DNA of 64,000 bases from Pseudomonas sp. (GTDB lineage Bacteria; Pseudomonadota; Gammaproteobacteria; Pseudomonadales; Pseudomonadaceae). The notes beneath the pieces were generated by a model, which saw only the letters and a program-made list of their open reading frames with translations, did not search any database and had not been told where the DNA came from. The first letter of the stretch is position 1. Every line of letters starts with the position of its first letter. The DNA lies in NCBI GenBank assembly GCA_044354115.1, contig JBILAR010000002.1, positions 34,088-98,087 of the forward strand. The letters run 5' to 3'. Positions 46,297-57,487 of this stretch are shown here, piece after piece. Made by a program: the position numbers and the translations under genes.

Positions 46297-48677
46297 AGCG
46301 GCGCGGTACACAGTAACCAGTCGTGCAACACCACTTGCAGGGTGTCGAACTTCAGTGGTTTGGTCAGGTAATCGCTCATGCCGGCGGCCAAACAGCGTTC
46401 ACGGTCGCCGGCATGGCTGTGGGCCGTCACGGCCAGCACCGGCAGTTGGCTGCAACCGGGTAATAAGCGCAGCGCCCGGCAGGTGGCGAAACCATCCATG
46501 ATCGGCATTTGGCAATCCAGCAGCACCGCATCCACCGCCTCGTAACGCAGTACATCCAAGGCCGCCGCACCGTTGTCGGCGCAGCGCACCTGATAGCCGA
46601 GTTTGAGTAACATGCCGCGCAGAACCAATTGATTGATCGCATTGTCTTCCACGATCAGCACCTTGCACTGCGCTGGCGTGCGCAGTTGCGGCCCTTGCGG
46701 ACGCAGTACAGGGGCAATATGGCTCAAGGATTGCTCGAGCAGGTCCAGCTCAAGCGTCAACACAAAACAGCTACCTTGCCCCGCTTGCGACTGATGACTG
46801 AGGCTGCCACCCAGCAGTTCGATTAGCTGACGGCAAATCGCCAAGCCAACCCCAAGCCCCCCATATTCACGGGTTAGCGAGCCGTCGAGTTGCTGAAAAC
46901 GCTGATACAGCGGCGCTGCCATAGCCGGATTAAAACCGACCCCGCTGTCTTGCACCTCGATCAGCAAACCGAGCAAACCTTTGCCCGCCGGATGGCGCTT
47001 AATCCTTAGCGTGACACTGCCAGTGGCGGTGAACTTGATTGCGTTATCCAGCAGGTAGCCGACGCACTGGCTCAACTTAGCGCCATCACCTTGCAAAGTG
47101 TCGGGAAGCTTTTCATCCAGCTCCACGCGCAAAAGCAAGCCTTTGTCGGCCGCTTGCGAGCTATAGCGCACGCGCAAACTGTCGAGCCAGCCACGCAAGC
47201 TGAACATGCGGTTTTGTGCATGCAGCTTGCCGGCCTGCAACTCGGTCAGGGCCAAAATATCGTTAACCATGCGCATCATGTCGCGGGCCGAGGAGGCCGC
47301 AGTTTTTTGGTATTGCTCCACCTCAATGTCCAAATCGAGGGTTTGCATCAGTTCCAGCGAGCCAATCACACCGTTCATCGGGGTGCGCAACTCGTGGGTC
47401 ACAGTGGCTAGAAACTCATCTTTGAGCCTATTGCTAATGGCCAACTCGCGGTTCAGCGCCTCCAGTTCTAGAGCGTTTTGCTGCAACAGACGGGCGCGCT
47501 CTTCTTTCATCACATTTATACGGTCAGCCAAGGCTAACGACAGCAAGCCGACCTCAAGCGCCGAGCCAATTTGGCTGGCATACATGGTCCAAAATGTATT
47601 GGGCAAAAATCCCAGCACCATCAAGGTATTCACCATGCCACCGAGTAAAAATGCGCTCCACGCAAAGACAAAATAACGCGCCACCCGCTGGCCGCGGTAC
47701 CAAGCAAGAATCCCCGCAGCCAAAATAACCACGGTAAACAGTAAGGCCAAGACGGTGGCCAACCGCAGGGCGATGGCGTAACTGGCAAACAATGCCAACA
47801 GCATGCTGAGCAAGCCGCAGGCCATCAGCAGCATTAACAGGCGATCAATCCACGGGCTGTGCGCACGGGTGTGCAAAAAGCTGCGGGCAAACTGACAGCC
47901 AGCAACCGCCGCCAAACCAATCAAAAACGGCGTGGCAGCATTCGCCCACCACGGATTATTCGGCCAAAAATATTCGACCCCCGCGCCATTCACCGACACC
48001 TGATACAGGCCAAAAGCGCCGATATAAACGATGTAATAGAAATAACTGCGGTCGCGCACACTGATGAAAATAAACAGGTTGTAGAACAGCATTACCAACA
48101 ACACGCCGTAGATGATACCGAGCACATAGATGCGCGCCGGTAAGTCTTCCAAATAGGCAATGGGCGACCAGAGCGTCAACGGCACTATGACCGAACCCTG
48201 ACTTTGCACCCGCAGATACAGGCGCTGCGGTTCGTTAGGCGGCAGGTTCAGCTTGAACACATAATTATTTTGCGCAATCTCCCGACTGGCGAAGGGCAGC
48301 GAGTCACCCGTGCGCTGAGCCAACGTAAAGCCACCTTGACCATCGGGCAGGTACAACTCAATTTGATCGAGCGGCGGATAGGCGATTTCCAGCAGCCACG
48401 GCTGCTGGCCACTGTGCGCTTGCGGGCGATAGTTAAGGTCTAGGCGCAGCCAAAATACCGAGCGCGAATAACCGGCGTTCAGCACCGGTTTAGTGTGCGG
48501 GTGAAAGGCCTCGGACAGCGCCGTAGAACTGACATCGTCGATATTCAACGCGCCGCGCACGTCTTCGAACACCGCCATCTCCTGCCCAAGCGGCAAAGAG
48601 CGGGTGCGCTCATCAAACTCAACAGCCCCCGCCAGCAATGGCAGCAGGCTTAACAACAAGCAGCAAAAATAACGCAT
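46293..48677 (-). CDS. ladS: LadS-like hybrid sensor kinase, upstream paralogue
   Basis: 794 aa with the same architecture: H-box ATVTHELRTPMNG and REC domain VLIVEDNAINQ...VLLDCQMPIMDGF. Its position next to thiD-thiE-hemL matches my memory of ladS in P. aeruginosa. The symbol is tentative. Confidence 0.8.
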   Translation of the reverse strand: MRYFCCLLLSLLPLLAGAVEFDERTRSLPLGQEMAVFEDVRGALNIDDVSSTALSEAFHPHTKPVLNAGYSRSVFWLRLDLNYRPQAHSGQQPWLLEIAYPPLDQIELYLPDGQGGFTLAQRTGDSLPFASREIAQNNYVFKLNLPPNEPQRLYLRVQSQGSVIVPLTLWSPIAYLEDLPARIYVLGIIYGVLLVMLFYNLFIFISVRDRSYFYYIVYIGAFGLYQVSVNGAGVEYFWPNNPWWANAATPFLIGLAAVAGCQFARSFLHTRAHSPWIDRLLMLLMACGLLSMLLALFASYAIALRLATVLALLFTVVILAAGILAWYRGQRVARYFVFAWSAFLLGGMVNTLMVLGFLPNTFWTMYASQIGSALEVGLLSLALADRINVMKEERARLLQQNALELEALNRELAISNRLKDEFLATVTHELRTPMNGVIGSLELMQTLDLDIEVEQYQKTAASSARDMMRMVNDILALTELQAGKLHAQNRMFSLRGWLDSLRVRYSSQAADKGLLLRVELDEKLPDTLQGDGAKLSQCVGYLLDNAIKFTATGSVTLRIKRHPAGKGLLGLLIEVQDSGVGFNPAMAAPLYQRFQQLDGSLTREYGGLGVGLAICRQLIELLGGSLSHQSQAGQGSCFVLTLELDLLEQSLSHIAPVLRPQGPQLRTPAQCKVLIVEDNAINQLVLRGMLLKLGYQVRCADNGAAALDVLRYEAVDAVLLDCQMPIMDGFATCRALRLLPGCSQLPVLAVTAHSHAGDRERCLAAGMSDYLTKPLKFDTLQVVLHDWLLCTAPL

Positions 48678-49120
48678 CCGAACTATTCAACCTCAACTCA
48701 TTACCGGCATTTACCCAGAGCGTCTCTAGGCATTGCAGCAGACAAAATAAGTTAATCAAAAAGACTCTAATCCTAGCACAGCGCCTGCGCTGCACAGCCC
48801 ATCTGGCGCCCTTCCTAGGCGAGCCAACCCAAGCCAACAGAAACAATCGCAAGACGACTCCGGCAACACCGAAAGCTAGCCTAAACAGCCGCGACGCGCG
48901 CCCACGAGACAAGTTTACCTGACCTTTTAGGCAGTTAATTGTTTCTCGATGCGTAGCGAAATAAATCAGAACTTCGACGATATTTACAGAAGTAGATTGA
49001 ATTTTGGCGACAAAAAACCAAAACCCAAAAGCAAAAACCACACCAAGACAAGCATCCAAACTGGACATCCAAGGCAAACTTATTAGGCTTGAGCGCTGAC
49101 CAAAAATCGCGGACAACACA

Positions 49121-50380
49121 TTGATCAAGCCAAATAGCCTTACCTCTCGCCTCAGTACTTACGCCATTTTAGCCCTCGTCAGCAGCCAAGCACTGGCTGC
49201 TGGTTTTGCCTTAAATGAACAGAGCGCCAGCGCCATGGGCACCGCCTTTGCCGGCCGCGCCTCTAGCGCCCTAGACGCCTCCACCGTGTTCGGCAACCCA
49301 GCCGGCATGAGCTACCTAGGCGAACAAGTATCCGGCGGCATAGCACTGATCAGCGCCAGCAGCGATATCGACAACGCCGCATCGAATGTCCAAGGCAGCA
49401 ACCACGGCGACATGGTGCCACTGACCGCTATCCCGTTCGGCTACTACGTCAAACCACTGGATGAGAACTGGCACTTCGGCGTCGGCGTATATGCGCCCTT
49501 CGGCCTAGCCACCGACTATGAAAGCGGCTACCAAGGCCGCGCCTTCGCCAAAAAAAGCGAGCTGAGCGTGGTTTCAGTGCAGCCGACTCTAAGCTACAAG
49601 CTCAACGAGCAGTGGTCGTTTGGCGCCGGCGTGACCGCTAACTATGCCGAAGGCACGCTGTCCAGCACCGTCAACCCAGCCCCGGCGCTGTTGCGCGACG
49701 GCGAATACAAGGTAACCGGCGACGACTGGGGCTACGGCTACAATCTCGGCGTGATGCTGCAAGCCAGCGACAGCACCCGTTTAGGCCTGAGCTACCGCTC
49801 GAAAGTGGATTACACCCTCGAAGGCGACGTGAAGAACACCGCCATCGCCAACGGCGCGATCAAGCCTGGCAAATATGACGGCAGCCTCGACCTGACCACC
49901 CCAGAAACCGCCGAATTTTCCGTCACTCACAAGTTCGACTCGCGATGGACCGGCTATGCCGGCAGCACCTGGACGCGCTGGAGTCGCTTCAAAGAGGTGG
50001 TGATTAACTCACCCAGCAATCCGACCAGCAGCCTCAAGCAAGTGACCGAAGCACAAAACTGGCACGACACCCTCAGCTATGCCGCCGGCCTGTCCTACCA
50101 ACTCGACCCGCAGTGGGTGCTGCGCAGCGGCCTTGCCTTTGACCCAACCCCAACCAACAACACCGATCGCTCGCCACGCATTCCCAGCGGCGATCGTTAC
50201 GTGTTTGCCGTGGGTGCCGGCTATAGTCCAACGGCCAACCTGACCCTCGACTTGGCCTACATTTACCTGCAAGAAGAAGACGTTAGCGTCAACAAAAGCG
50301 AAGCCGGCAAAGGCCACTACCAAGCCGACTTCAACAACTCGGCGCACTCCCTCGCCGCCCAAGCCACCTGGCGTTTCTAA
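49121..50380 (+). CDS. fadL: FadL/TodX-family outer-membrane long-chain fatty acid / hydrophobic compound channel
   Basis: AGFALNEQSASAMGTAFAGRAS...STVFGNPAGMS is the FadL signature N-terminus, and the C-terminal residue is Phe. TTG start, with no in-frame ATG upstream. Confidence 0.85.
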   Translation: MIKPNSLTSRLSTYAILALVSSQALAAGFALNEQSASAMGTAFAGRASSALDASTVFGNPAGMSYLGEQVSGGIALISASSDIDNAASNVQGSNHGDMVPLTAIPFGYYVKPLDENWHFGVGVYAPFGLATDYESGYQGRAFAKKSELSVVSVQPTLSYKLNEQWSFGAGVTANYAEGTLSSTVNPAPALLRDGEYKVTGDDWGYGYNLGVMLQASDSTRLGLSYRSKVDYTLEGDVKNTAIANGAIKPGKYDGSLDLTTPETAEFSVTHKFDSRWTGYAGSTWTRWSRFKEVVINSPSNPTSSLKQVTEAQNWHDTLSYAAGLSYQLDPQWVLRSGLAFDPTPTNNTDRSPRIPSGDRYVFAVGAGYSPTANLTLDLAYIYLQEEDVSVNKSEAGKGHYQADFNNSAHSLAAQATWRF

Positions 50381-50391
50381 GCCGCCACCGA

Positions 50392-50437
50392 CCTATGTAA
50401 GCGGCGCGCCAAGCCTTACCGGCGACGCTTACATAGG
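50392..50437. repeat. 12-bp-arm inverted repeat after fadL
   Basis: CCTATGTAAGCG (50392-50403) / CGCTTACATAGG (50426-50437) with a 22-nt loop and no T-run. Confidence 0.5.
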
Positions 50438-50470
50438 CGCACAAGACGCTAAGTGATAAGCTCGCGCGCC

Positions 50471-51277
50471 ATGAATACTTACTCTTCACGCCCTGTTGTT
50501 TTGTGCTTGTCCGGCCACGACCCGAGCGGTGGTGCCGGCCTGCAAGCCGATATCGAAGCCCTGCTCGCCCAAGGCTGTCACGCCGCACCAACCGTCACCG
50601 CGCTAACCGTGCAAGACACCCGCAACGTCAGTGCCTTTCGCGTGCTCGACCGTGACTGGGTGCTGGCCCAAGCGCAAACGGTAATCGCCGACTTACCGAT
50701 TGCCGCCATCAAGCTGGGCATGCTCGGCTCGGTTGAAATGGTCGAAACCGCCCGAGAAATCATTCAACAACTGCGTGAACAACAGCCAGATTTACCAGTG
50801 GTCTGCGACCCGGTGCTGCGCGCCGGCGGCGGCGGCACCTTAGGCGGCGAAGACGTAGCCGGCGCCATGCGCGAACGCCTGCTGCCACTGGCGACCATCG
50901 CCACGCCGAACTTGCCCGAAGCACGGATTCTCGCCAACCTGCCGCAGGGCAGCGCGGATGACTGCGCAGCCGTCTTGCGCAGCTATTGCCAGCACCTGCT
51001 GATTACCGGCGGACATGGCGACGAGCAGGACATTCACAACCGCCTGTACAGCACCGACGCCAGCCAACACGACTTCACCTGCGTGCGCCTGCCCGGTAGC
51101 TATCACGGCTCCGGCTGCACCCTGGCCAGCGCTTTAGCCGGCCGCTTAGCGCACGGCGAGGGACTGGTCAGCGCGGTACGCACCGCGCTGGATTACACCT
51201 GGCGCACCCTGCGCGACGCTGAACAACCGGGACACGGTCAATATCTGCCACGCCGTTTACCGCTGGATTTGTTTTGA
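50471..51277 (+). CDS. thiD: hydroxymethylpyrimidine/phosphomethylpyrimidine kinase
   Basis: ATG 50471 gives [30 protein letters not shown], and [10 protein letters not shown]-type motifs. Confidence 0.9.
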   Translation: MNTYSSRPVVLCLSGHDPSGGAGLQADIEALLAQGCHAAPTVTALTVQDTRNVSAFRVLDRDWVLAQAQTVIADLPIAAIKLGMLGSVEMVETAREIIQQLREQQPDLPVVCDPVLRAGGGGTLGGEDVAGAMRERLLPLATIATPNLPEARILANLPQGSADDCAAVLRSYCQHLLITGGHGDEQDIHNRLYSTDASQHDFTCVRLPGSYHGSGCTLASALAGRLAHGEGLVSAVRTALDYTWRTLRDAEQPGHGQYLPRRLPLDLF

Positions 51278-51912
51278 GCGGCGCGCCCAAGTTGCGCGGC
51301 CTGTATGCCATCACCGACAGCCAACTACTGGCCGACGGCAAGCTGCTGCCCTATGTCGAGGCAGCCCTCAAAGGCGGCGCGCAACTGCTGCAATATCGCG
51401 ACAAATCCTCCGACGCCATCCGCCGTTTAGAAGAAGCACAAGCCCTGCAAGCCCTCTGCGTGCAGTACGACGCGGCACTGATTATTAATGACGACTTAGC
51501 ACTCGCCGCGCAGCTAGGCGTCGGCCTGCACCTAGGCCAAACCGACGGCTCACTCGCCGCTGCCCGCCAGCATCTGGGCCCGCACGCCATTATCGGTGCC
51601 ACCTGCCACGCGCAACTGGAGCTGGCCACCACGGCTGCGGCCAATGGCGCCAGCTATCTGGCTTTTGGCCGATTTTTTAACTCGCACACCAAACCGGGCG
51701 CGCCGACCGCAACCCTTGAACTGCTACAACAAGCACGCGAGCGTTTCGAGCGACCGCTGGCGGCGATTGGCGGCATCACCCTAGAGCGCGCCCCCGCGCT
51801 GATCGCCAACGGCGCCAGCTTAATAGCCGTGATTAACGACCTATTTGCCGCTGAAGATGCCTGCGCCGTCGAACAACGCGCACGCGCCTTCAGCCAATTA
51901 TTTACTGATTAA
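51274..51912 (+). CDS. thiE: thiamine-phosphate synthase
   Basis: [16 protein letters not shown], and LIINDD..LA...GLHLGQ. The TTG start overlaps the thiD stop. Confidence 0.9.
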   Translation: MSGAPKLRGLYAITDSQLLADGKLLPYVEAALKGGAQLLQYRDKSSDAIRRLEEAQALQALCVQYDAALIINDDLALAAQLGVGLHLGQTDGSLAAARQHLGPHAIIGATCHAQLELATTAAANGASYLAFGRFFNSHTKPGAPTATLELLQQARERFERPLAAIGGITLERAPALIANGASLIAVINDLFAAEDACAVEQRARAFSQLFTD

Positions 51913-51940
51913 CATCCTTGCCCTGACCCCGAGGCCCACC

Positions 51941-53230
51941 ATGTCCCGCTCCGCAACCCTATTTAGCAACGCCCAACAACACATCCCCGGCGGCGTTAAC
52001 TCGCCAGTACGCGCCTTTAAAAGCGTCGGCGGCACTCCGCTGTTTTTCAAGAGCGCGCTCGGCGCCTACATCACCGACGAAGACAACAAAAACTACGTTG
52101 ATTACGTCGGCTCTTGGGGCCCGATGATTCTCGGCCACAGCCACCCCGAAGTGCTCGGCGCGGTGCGCGCGCAACTGGAGCACGGCCTGTCGTTTGGCGC
52201 GCCAACCGCACTGGAAGTGGAGATGGCCGACCTGGTCTGCGCCTTAGTGCCGTCGATGCAAATGGTGCGCATGGTCAGCTCCGGCACCGAGGCGACCATG
52301 AGTGCTATTCGCCTGGCCCGTGGCTATACCGGCCGCGACAACATCCTCAAGTTCGAAGGCTGCTATCACGGCCACTCCGACAGCCTACTGGTTAAAGCCG
52401 GCTCGGGCCTACTAACCCAAGGCGTACCGAGTTCAGCCGGGGTGCCGGCCGATTTTGCCAAGCACACCCTGACCGTGCCTTTTAACGACCTCAACGCCGT
52501 CGAGCAACTGCTCAGCGAAGTAGGCGCGACCGTCGCCTGCATCATCGTCGAACCGGTGGCCGGCAATATGAACTGCGTGCCACCCGCCGCCGGCTTCCTC
52601 GAAGGCTTGCGCAGCCTTTGCGACCAACACGGCGTGGTGCTGATTTTTGACGAAGTAATGACCGGCTTTCGCGTCGCCCTCGGCGGCGCCCAAGCCCATT
52701 ACGGCGTGACGCCAGACCTATCGACCTTCGGCAAGATCATCGGCGGCGGCATGCCGGTGGGCTGCTTCGGCGGCAAGCGCGAAATCATGCAGCAAATCGC
52801 CCCGCTCGGCCCGGTGTACCAAGCCGGCACCTTGTCGGGCAATCCGCTGGCGATGGCCGCTGGCTTAACCACCCTCAAGCTGATCAGCCGTCCAGGCTTT
52901 CATGCCGAGCTAACGGACTTCACCAGCCGCTTGCTGGCCGGCCTCAAACAACGCGCCGATGCCGCCGGTATCGACTTTGTCACCACCCAAGTGGGCGGCA
53001 TGTTCGGCCTGTATTTCAGCCCGCTGAGCAGCATTGCAAGCTTTGCCGATGTCATGACCAGCGACGTTGAACGTTTCAAGCGCTTCTTCCATCTGATGCT
53101 CGACGCCGGCGTGTACTTGGCACCCAGCGCCTTCGAGGCCGGTTTCACCTCCATCGCTCACGGCGATAAAGAGTTGCAGCTGACCTTGGACGCCGCCGAA
53201 CGCGCCTTCGCCAGCATGCAAAACGACTAA
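51941..53230 (+). CDS. hemL: glutamate-1-semialdehyde 2,1-aminomutase
   Basis: ATG 51941 gives [36 protein letters not shown]..., [18 protein letters not shown], and [10 protein letters not shown]. Confidence 0.95.
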   Translation: MSRSATLFSNAQQHIPGGVNSPVRAFKSVGGTPLFFKSALGAYITDEDNKNYVDYVGSWGPMILGHSHPEVLGAVRAQLEHGLSFGAPTALEVEMADLVCALVPSMQMVRMVSSGTEATMSAIRLARGYTGRDNILKFEGCYHGHSDSLLVKAGSGLLTQGVPSSAGVPADFAKHTLTVPFNDLNAVEQLLSEVGATVACIIVEPVAGNMNCVPPAAGFLEGLRSLCDQHGVVLIFDEVMTGFRVALGGAQAHYGVTPDLSTFGKIIGGGMPVGCFGGKREIMQQIAPLGPVYQAGTLSGNPLAMAAGLTTLKLISRPGFHAELTDFTSRLLAGLKQRADAAGIDFVTTQVGGMFGLYFSPLSSIASFADVMTSDVERFKRFFHLMLDAGVYLAPSAFEAGFTSIAHGDKELQLTLDAAERAFASMQND

Positions 53231-53404
53231 AAACCGCTGCAAAAAAGCCTGCCGAGCAAAATTAATGCCCGGCGGGCTTACCACTCAGCTAAAAACCTGC
53301 AAAGCCTTTGTAAGCAAGGCCCGGCTTATTTCATAATAGGCCGACCGGCATTCATCCCGGCCAGGCCCAAAGCCTGTTTTGCTCCCTGAGGCATGTAGAT
53401 TTTC

Positions 53405-53953
53405 ATGAACCGCTCCGCTCGCAGCCTGCTAATTGGCTGCCTGCTATTGATCAGCCCACTTATCGCGCTGGCCGACAGCAACTCCCTGATTATCTCCAGC
53501 AGCACTCGCTGTTTATTAAACAGCCTGCCAGAAAACCTGCCCGAAGCCTTGGCCGCCTGCGACGAAGCAGCCAACAGCGGCAACCCTCAAGCGCAATTTG
53601 AACTCGGCAACTTCTATTACCAAGGCCAACTCGCCGAGCGCGACCTCGCCCTGGCACTTAAATGGTTTGAGCAAGCCTCCCTGCAAGGGCACGCCGAAGC
53701 ACAACACACCTTGGGCATGATGTTTTTCCGTGGCGAAGGCGTGCCAGCCAATAACGTGCAGGCGTATGTGGTGCTGAAGATGGCCGCCGTAAATGGCGCC
53801 GAAGACGCGCTGGACAGCGCCGACTTGGTGGCCACGCAAATGCGCGGCGAAGAGTTACAGCAAGCCACCCAAGTGCTCGGGCAGATCTTTCGCGAATACC
53901 TGCTGCAATTGCAGGAAAACAACTCGCTGTTTGCCCCGCTGCCGCAACCGTAG
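53405..53953 (+). CDS. secreted Sel1-repeat (TPR-like) protein
   Basis: Signal peptide, then Sel1 repeats (NPQAQFELGNFYYQGQ...DLALALKWFEQASLQGHAEAQHTLGMMFFRGEGVPANNVQAYV). Confidence 0.8.
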   Translation: MNRSARSLLIGCLLLISPLIALADSNSLIISSSTRCLLNSLPENLPEALAACDEAANSGNPQAQFELGNFYYQGQLAERDLALALKWFEQASLQGHAEAQHTLGMMFFRGEGVPANNVQAYVVLKMAAVNGAEDALDSADLVATQMRGEELQQATQVLGQIFREYLLQLQENNSLFAPLPQP

Positions 53954-53962
53954 GACGTGTAC

Positions 53963-54049
53963 GGGTTAGCCGCGCAGCGGCGTAACCCGCCAATGCTGCC
54001 GGAAGGTCGCACAACGCCCACCCTGTGTCGGGTTACGCTGCGCTAACCC
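53963..54049. repeat. two REP-like hairpin units (family B)
   Basis: GGGTTAGCCGCGCAGCGGCGTAACCC at 53963-53988 and GGGTTACGCTGCGCTAACCC at 54030-54049. Confidence 0.65.
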
Positions 54050-54084
54050 AACCTACGCGAGCGGCGGGCAACGCCAATGCCTGC

Positions 54085-54408
54085 CTACTTATCCGGCATC
54101 GGCATCGGGAAAGGCATCACGTTACTCACCCCGCGCGCCTCGGTGATCTTCGGCGTGCCTAGGCGCTCGACTTCATCGATGCGCACAATCGCATGCATAG
54201 GCACAAAGCTGCGCACTACGCCGTCAAACTGCGCCTTGAGCTTTTCTTCGCTCGGGTCGACCACCAACTGGCTGCGCTCACCGAAGACAAAATCCTCGAC
54301 CTCCAGAAAGCCCCACAGATCACTTTGAAAGATCTGCTTGGCATACATCTCGTATACCTGGCCCTGGTTAAGGAAAATCACCTTATAAATCGGTTCACGC
54401 TTACTCAT
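54085..54408 (-). CDS. DUF1820-like small conserved protein
   Basis: ATG 54408 within track ORF 54085..54492 gives MSKREPIYKVIFLNQGQVYEMYAKQIFQSDLWGFLEVEDFVFGERSQLVVDPSEEKL. The family name is from memory. Confidence 0.65.
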   Translation of the reverse strand: MSKREPIYKVIFLNQGQVYEMYAKQIFQSDLWGFLEVEDFVFGERSQLVVDPSEEKLKAQFDGVVRSFVPMHAIVRIDEVERLGTPKITEARGVSNVMPFPMPMPDK

Positions 54409-54534
54409 AGCAGCCAACAACACCAGCAGGTCGGGGGTCGTAAAGCATAGCACAGGGATCCGACGCAGAACGCTAGGAGGCGGCGGCCGCACCCCCTATA
54501 ATGCCCGGTCGTACCCGCCAGCCTTTGAGCCCGC

Positions 54535-55869
54535 ATGACCAAGAAGCTTTATATCGAAACCCACGGTTGCCAGATGAACGAGTACGACAGCTCGCGCATG
54601 GTTGACCTGTTGGGCGAACAGCAGCCAATTGAGCTGACTGACCGAGCCGAAGACGCCGACGTGATTCTGCTCAACACCTGCTCGATTCGTGAGCGCGCGC
54701 AAGACCGGGTGTTCTCGCAACTGGGCCGCTGGCGCGAACTGAAGCTGGAAAATCCCAACTTGGTGATCGGTGTCGGCGGCTGCGTGGCCAGCCAAGAAGG
54801 CGCGGCCATTCTCGATCGCGCCCCCTATGTAGACGTAGTATTCGGCCCGCAAACCCTGCACCGTCTGCCCGAGATGCTCGACGCGGCGCGCAGCACCGGC
54901 AACGCCCAGGTGGATATTTCCTTCCCGGAAATCGAAAAATTCGACCGACTGCCCGAACCTCGGGTCGATGGCCCGGCAGCCTATGTATCGGTGATGGAAG
55001 GCTGCAGCAAATACTGCACTTTCTGTGTGGTGCCCTACACCCGCGGCGAAGAAGTCAGCCGGCCGTTTAACGACGTACTCGCCGAGGTCCTGCATTTAGC
55101 CGAACACGGCGTACGCGAAGTCACCCTACTGGGGCAGAACGTCAACGGTTACCGTGGCGCCATCGCCGGCAGCGACGAGCGCATGGCCGACTTAGCCGAA
55201 CTGATTCGCGCCGTGGCCGCCATCGACGGCATCGACCGTATCCGCTATACCACCTCGCACCCGCTGGAGTTCTCCGACGCACTGATCGAAGCCCACGCGC
55301 AGGTGCCGGAATTGGTTAAACAGCTGCATCTGCCGGTGCAATCGGGTTCCGACCGCATCTTGGCGGCGATGAAGCGCGGCCACACGGCATTGGAATACAA
55401 GTCGCGGATTCGCAAGCTGCGCGCAGCGGTACCGGACATAGTGATCAGCTCGGATTTTATCGTCGGCTTCCCCGGCGAGACCGACAAAGACTTTGAGCAA
55501 ACCATGCAACTGGTCGAGGACGTCGGCTTCGATTTTTCCTACTCGTTCGTCTACAGCGCCCGCCCCGGCACCCCAGCCGCCGACTTGGCCGATGCTACCT
55601 CGACGGAAACCAAGCGCGAACGCCTCGCCCGCCTGCAGCACAAACTCAGCCAACAAGGCTTTGAAAACAGCCGGCGGATGGTCGGTAGTGTGCAACGCAT
55701 CTTGGTGCGCGATTACTCGAAGAAAGACCCCGGCCAACTGCAAGGCCGCAGCGAAGCCAATCGGATCGTCAACTTTCGCTCTAACGACCCGAGCCTGATT
55801 GGCCAGTTCGTTAACGTGCGCATCGACGAAGCGCGGCCTAACTCGCTGATCGGCACCTTGGTCGAGTAA
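54535..55869 (+). CDS. miaB: tRNA-i6A37 methylthiotransferase
   Basis: [16 protein letters not shown], the radical-SAM [11 protein letters not shown] motif, and a C-terminal TRAM domain. Confidence 0.95.
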   Translation: MTKKLYIETHGCQMNEYDSSRMVDLLGEQQPIELTDRAEDADVILLNTCSIRERAQDRVFSQLGRWRELKLENPNLVIGVGGCVASQEGAAILDRAPYVDVVFGPQTLHRLPEMLDAARSTGNAQVDISFPEIEKFDRLPEPRVDGPAAYVSVMEGCSKYCTFCVVPYTRGEEVSRPFNDVLAEVLHLAEHGVREVTLLGQNVNGYRGAIAGSDERMADLAELIRAVAAIDGIDRIRYTTSHPLEFSDALIEAHAQVPELVKQLHLPVQSGSDRILAAMKRGHTALEYKSRIRKLRAAVPDIVISSDFIVGFPGETDKDFEQTMQLVEDVGFDFSYSFVYSARPGTPAADLADATSTETKRERLARLQHKLSQQGFENSRRMVGSVQRILVRDYSKKDPGQLQGRSEANRIVNFRSNDPSLIGQFVNVRIDEARPNSLIGTLVE

Positions 55870-55958
55870 TCCGCCCGACGGCCAAACGGCGGCACGCTTT
55901 CACCGGCGCCGCCCTAGGGTTATCCTCAGACCAACCACCACTACGATTAAGGGCCTGC

Positions 55959-56993
55959 GTGACTTTGAATACCGCCATTTTGAACGCCCCGATTGACGTG
56001 CATAACTTTACCCTCGAACCTTTCGAGCAACGGCGTTTTGCCAACCTCTGCGGAGCTCTCGATGAGCACCTGCGGTTGATCGAGCAGCGCATGGGCATCC
56101 AAATTCGCAACCGTGGCAATCAATTTGAACTGCTCGGCAGCCTGCCCACCCTGCACGCCGCCGAACTGCTGATTCTGCGGCTGTACCGCGAAACCGTGGC
56201 CCACGAGCTATCGCCGGATGTGGTGCATTTGTTCTTGCAAGAGCAGGCCGCCGAGCTGCTGCCAGCGAGCAGCAACATTAACAACAACAGCGAATCGAAC
56301 ATCGGCTTGCGCACCCGCAAGGGCATGATTCGCCCGCGCGGGATGAATCAGCAGCGCTACGTTAAAGCCATTCTCGACCACGACATTAACTTCGGCATCG
56401 GCCCGGCCGGCACCGGCAAAACCTATTTAGCCGTGGCCTGTGCGGTGGATGCATTGGAGCGCGAGCAGATCCGCCGTATCCTACTGGTGCGCCCGGCGGT
56501 CGAAGCCGGCGAGAAACTCGGTTTCTTGCCCGGCGACTTGGCACAAAAAATCGACCCCTACCTGCGCCCGCTGTATGACGCGCTGTATGAAATGCTCGGT
56601 TTCGAGCAGGTCAACAAACTGATCGAGAAGCAGGTGATTGAAGTCGCGCCGCTGGCCTATATGCGCGGCCGCACCTTGAACAACAGTTTTATCATCCTCG
56701 ACGAAAGCCAAAACACCACGGTGGAACAGATGAAAATGTTCCTGACTCGCATCGGTTTTGGCTCCACCGCGGTAATTACTGGCGACATCACTCAGATCGA
56801 CCTGCCACGCGGGACTAAGTCCGGCTTGAACCATGTGATTGAAGTGCTGCACGGGGTGCCCGGCATCGCCTTCACCCATTTTCAATCCAAGGACGTGGTG
56901 CGCCACCCGCTGGTGCAGCGCATCGTCGAAGCCTACGAGCGCTACGAGCTAAGCCATCAGGACTCGCACAGCAAGGCGCGTAGCCATGATTGA
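55959..56993 (+). CDS. ybeZ: PhoH-like ATPase
   Basis: Walker [12 protein letters not shown] and ILDESQN. GTG start. It lies in the miaB-ybeZ-ybeY-corC-lnt order. Confidence 0.9.
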   Translation: MTLNTAILNAPIDVHNFTLEPFEQRRFANLCGALDEHLRLIEQRMGIQIRNRGNQFELLGSLPTLHAAELLILRLYRETVAHELSPDVVHLFLQEQAAELLPASSNINNNSESNIGLRTRKGMIRPRGMNQQRYVKAILDHDINFGIGPAGTGKTYLAVACAVDALEREQIRRILLVRPAVEAGEKLGFLPGDLAQKIDPYLRPLYDALYEMLGFEQVNKLIEKQVIEVAPLAYMRGRTLNNSFIILDESQNTTVEQMKMFLTRIGFGSTAVITGDITQIDLPRGTKSGLNHVIEVLHGVPGIAFTHFQSKDVVRHPLVQRIVEAYERYELSHQDSHSKARSHD

Positions 56994-57441
56994 ACTCGAC
57001 CTACAAATGGCCAGCGAGGGCGCAGCCCCAAGCCTTGCGCAACTACAACTGTGGTGCGCTAAGGGCCTGAGCCCGCGCAGCGCCGACTCCGAGCTGACCA
57101 TCCGTTTAGTCGACGACGCCGAGGCCCGCGAGCTAAATAACACCTGGCGGCACAAGGATTACGCCACCAACGTGCTGTCATTTCCAGCCGATATTCCCGA
57201 CGGCTTGCTGGATATTCCGCTGCTTGGCGATCTGGTCATCTGCGTCGCGGTGGTTGAGCGCGAGGCCGCCGAGCAAGGCAAGGATCTTGCAGCGCATTGG
57301 GCGCATCTGGTCATCCATGGTTGCCTGCATTTGCTCGGTTACGACCATCTTGACGACGATGAAGCCCTAGAAATGGAAGACTTGGAGCGCAAGCTGCTGG
57401 CAGAACTGGGTTACCCAGACCCCTACGCTGACGACCAATGA
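56986..57441 (+). CDS. ybeY: rRNA maturation endoribonuclease
   Basis: [15 protein letters not shown] zinc motif; 151 aa. Confidence 0.95.
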   Translation: MIELDLQMASEGAAPSLAQLQLWCAKGLSPRSADSELTIRLVDDAEARELNNTWRHKDYATNVLSFPADIPDGLLDIPLLGDLVICVAVVEREAAEQGKDLAAHWAHLVIHGCLHLLGYDHLDDDEALEMEDLERKLLAELGYPDPYADDQ

Positions 57442-57487
57442 GTCATCCACAAACATTTTATTAATAAGGAGCCGTGAGTACACACGC

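Noticed and set aside
49009-49060. A/C-rich tract (gacaaaaaaccaaaacccaaaagcaaaaaccacacc) upstream of fadL, considered as an Hfq/Crc catabolite-repression (AAnAAnAA) site
   Set aside because: I found no exact AAnAAnAA match when reading it base by base. It also lies 60-110 nt upstream of the proposed TTG start rather than over the RBS.
48619-49128. 169-aa minus ORF spanning the ladS-like/fadL intergenic region
   Set aside because: Its 3' end overlaps the N-terminus of the LadS-like kinase in another frame. The rest lies in low-complexity promoter DNA and has no motif.
50381-50470. Possible TPP (THI-box) riboswitch upstream of thiD-thiE
   Set aside because: The gap is only 90 nt and lacks the conserved CUGAGA / ACCUGA THI-box elements. 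It contains just a 12-bp-arm inverted repeat that more likely ends fadL.
54496-55743. Minus-strand ORFs 54496..55095 and 55192..55743
   Set aside because: They are antisense to miaB, whose radical-SAM and TRAM motifs are unambiguous on the plus strand.
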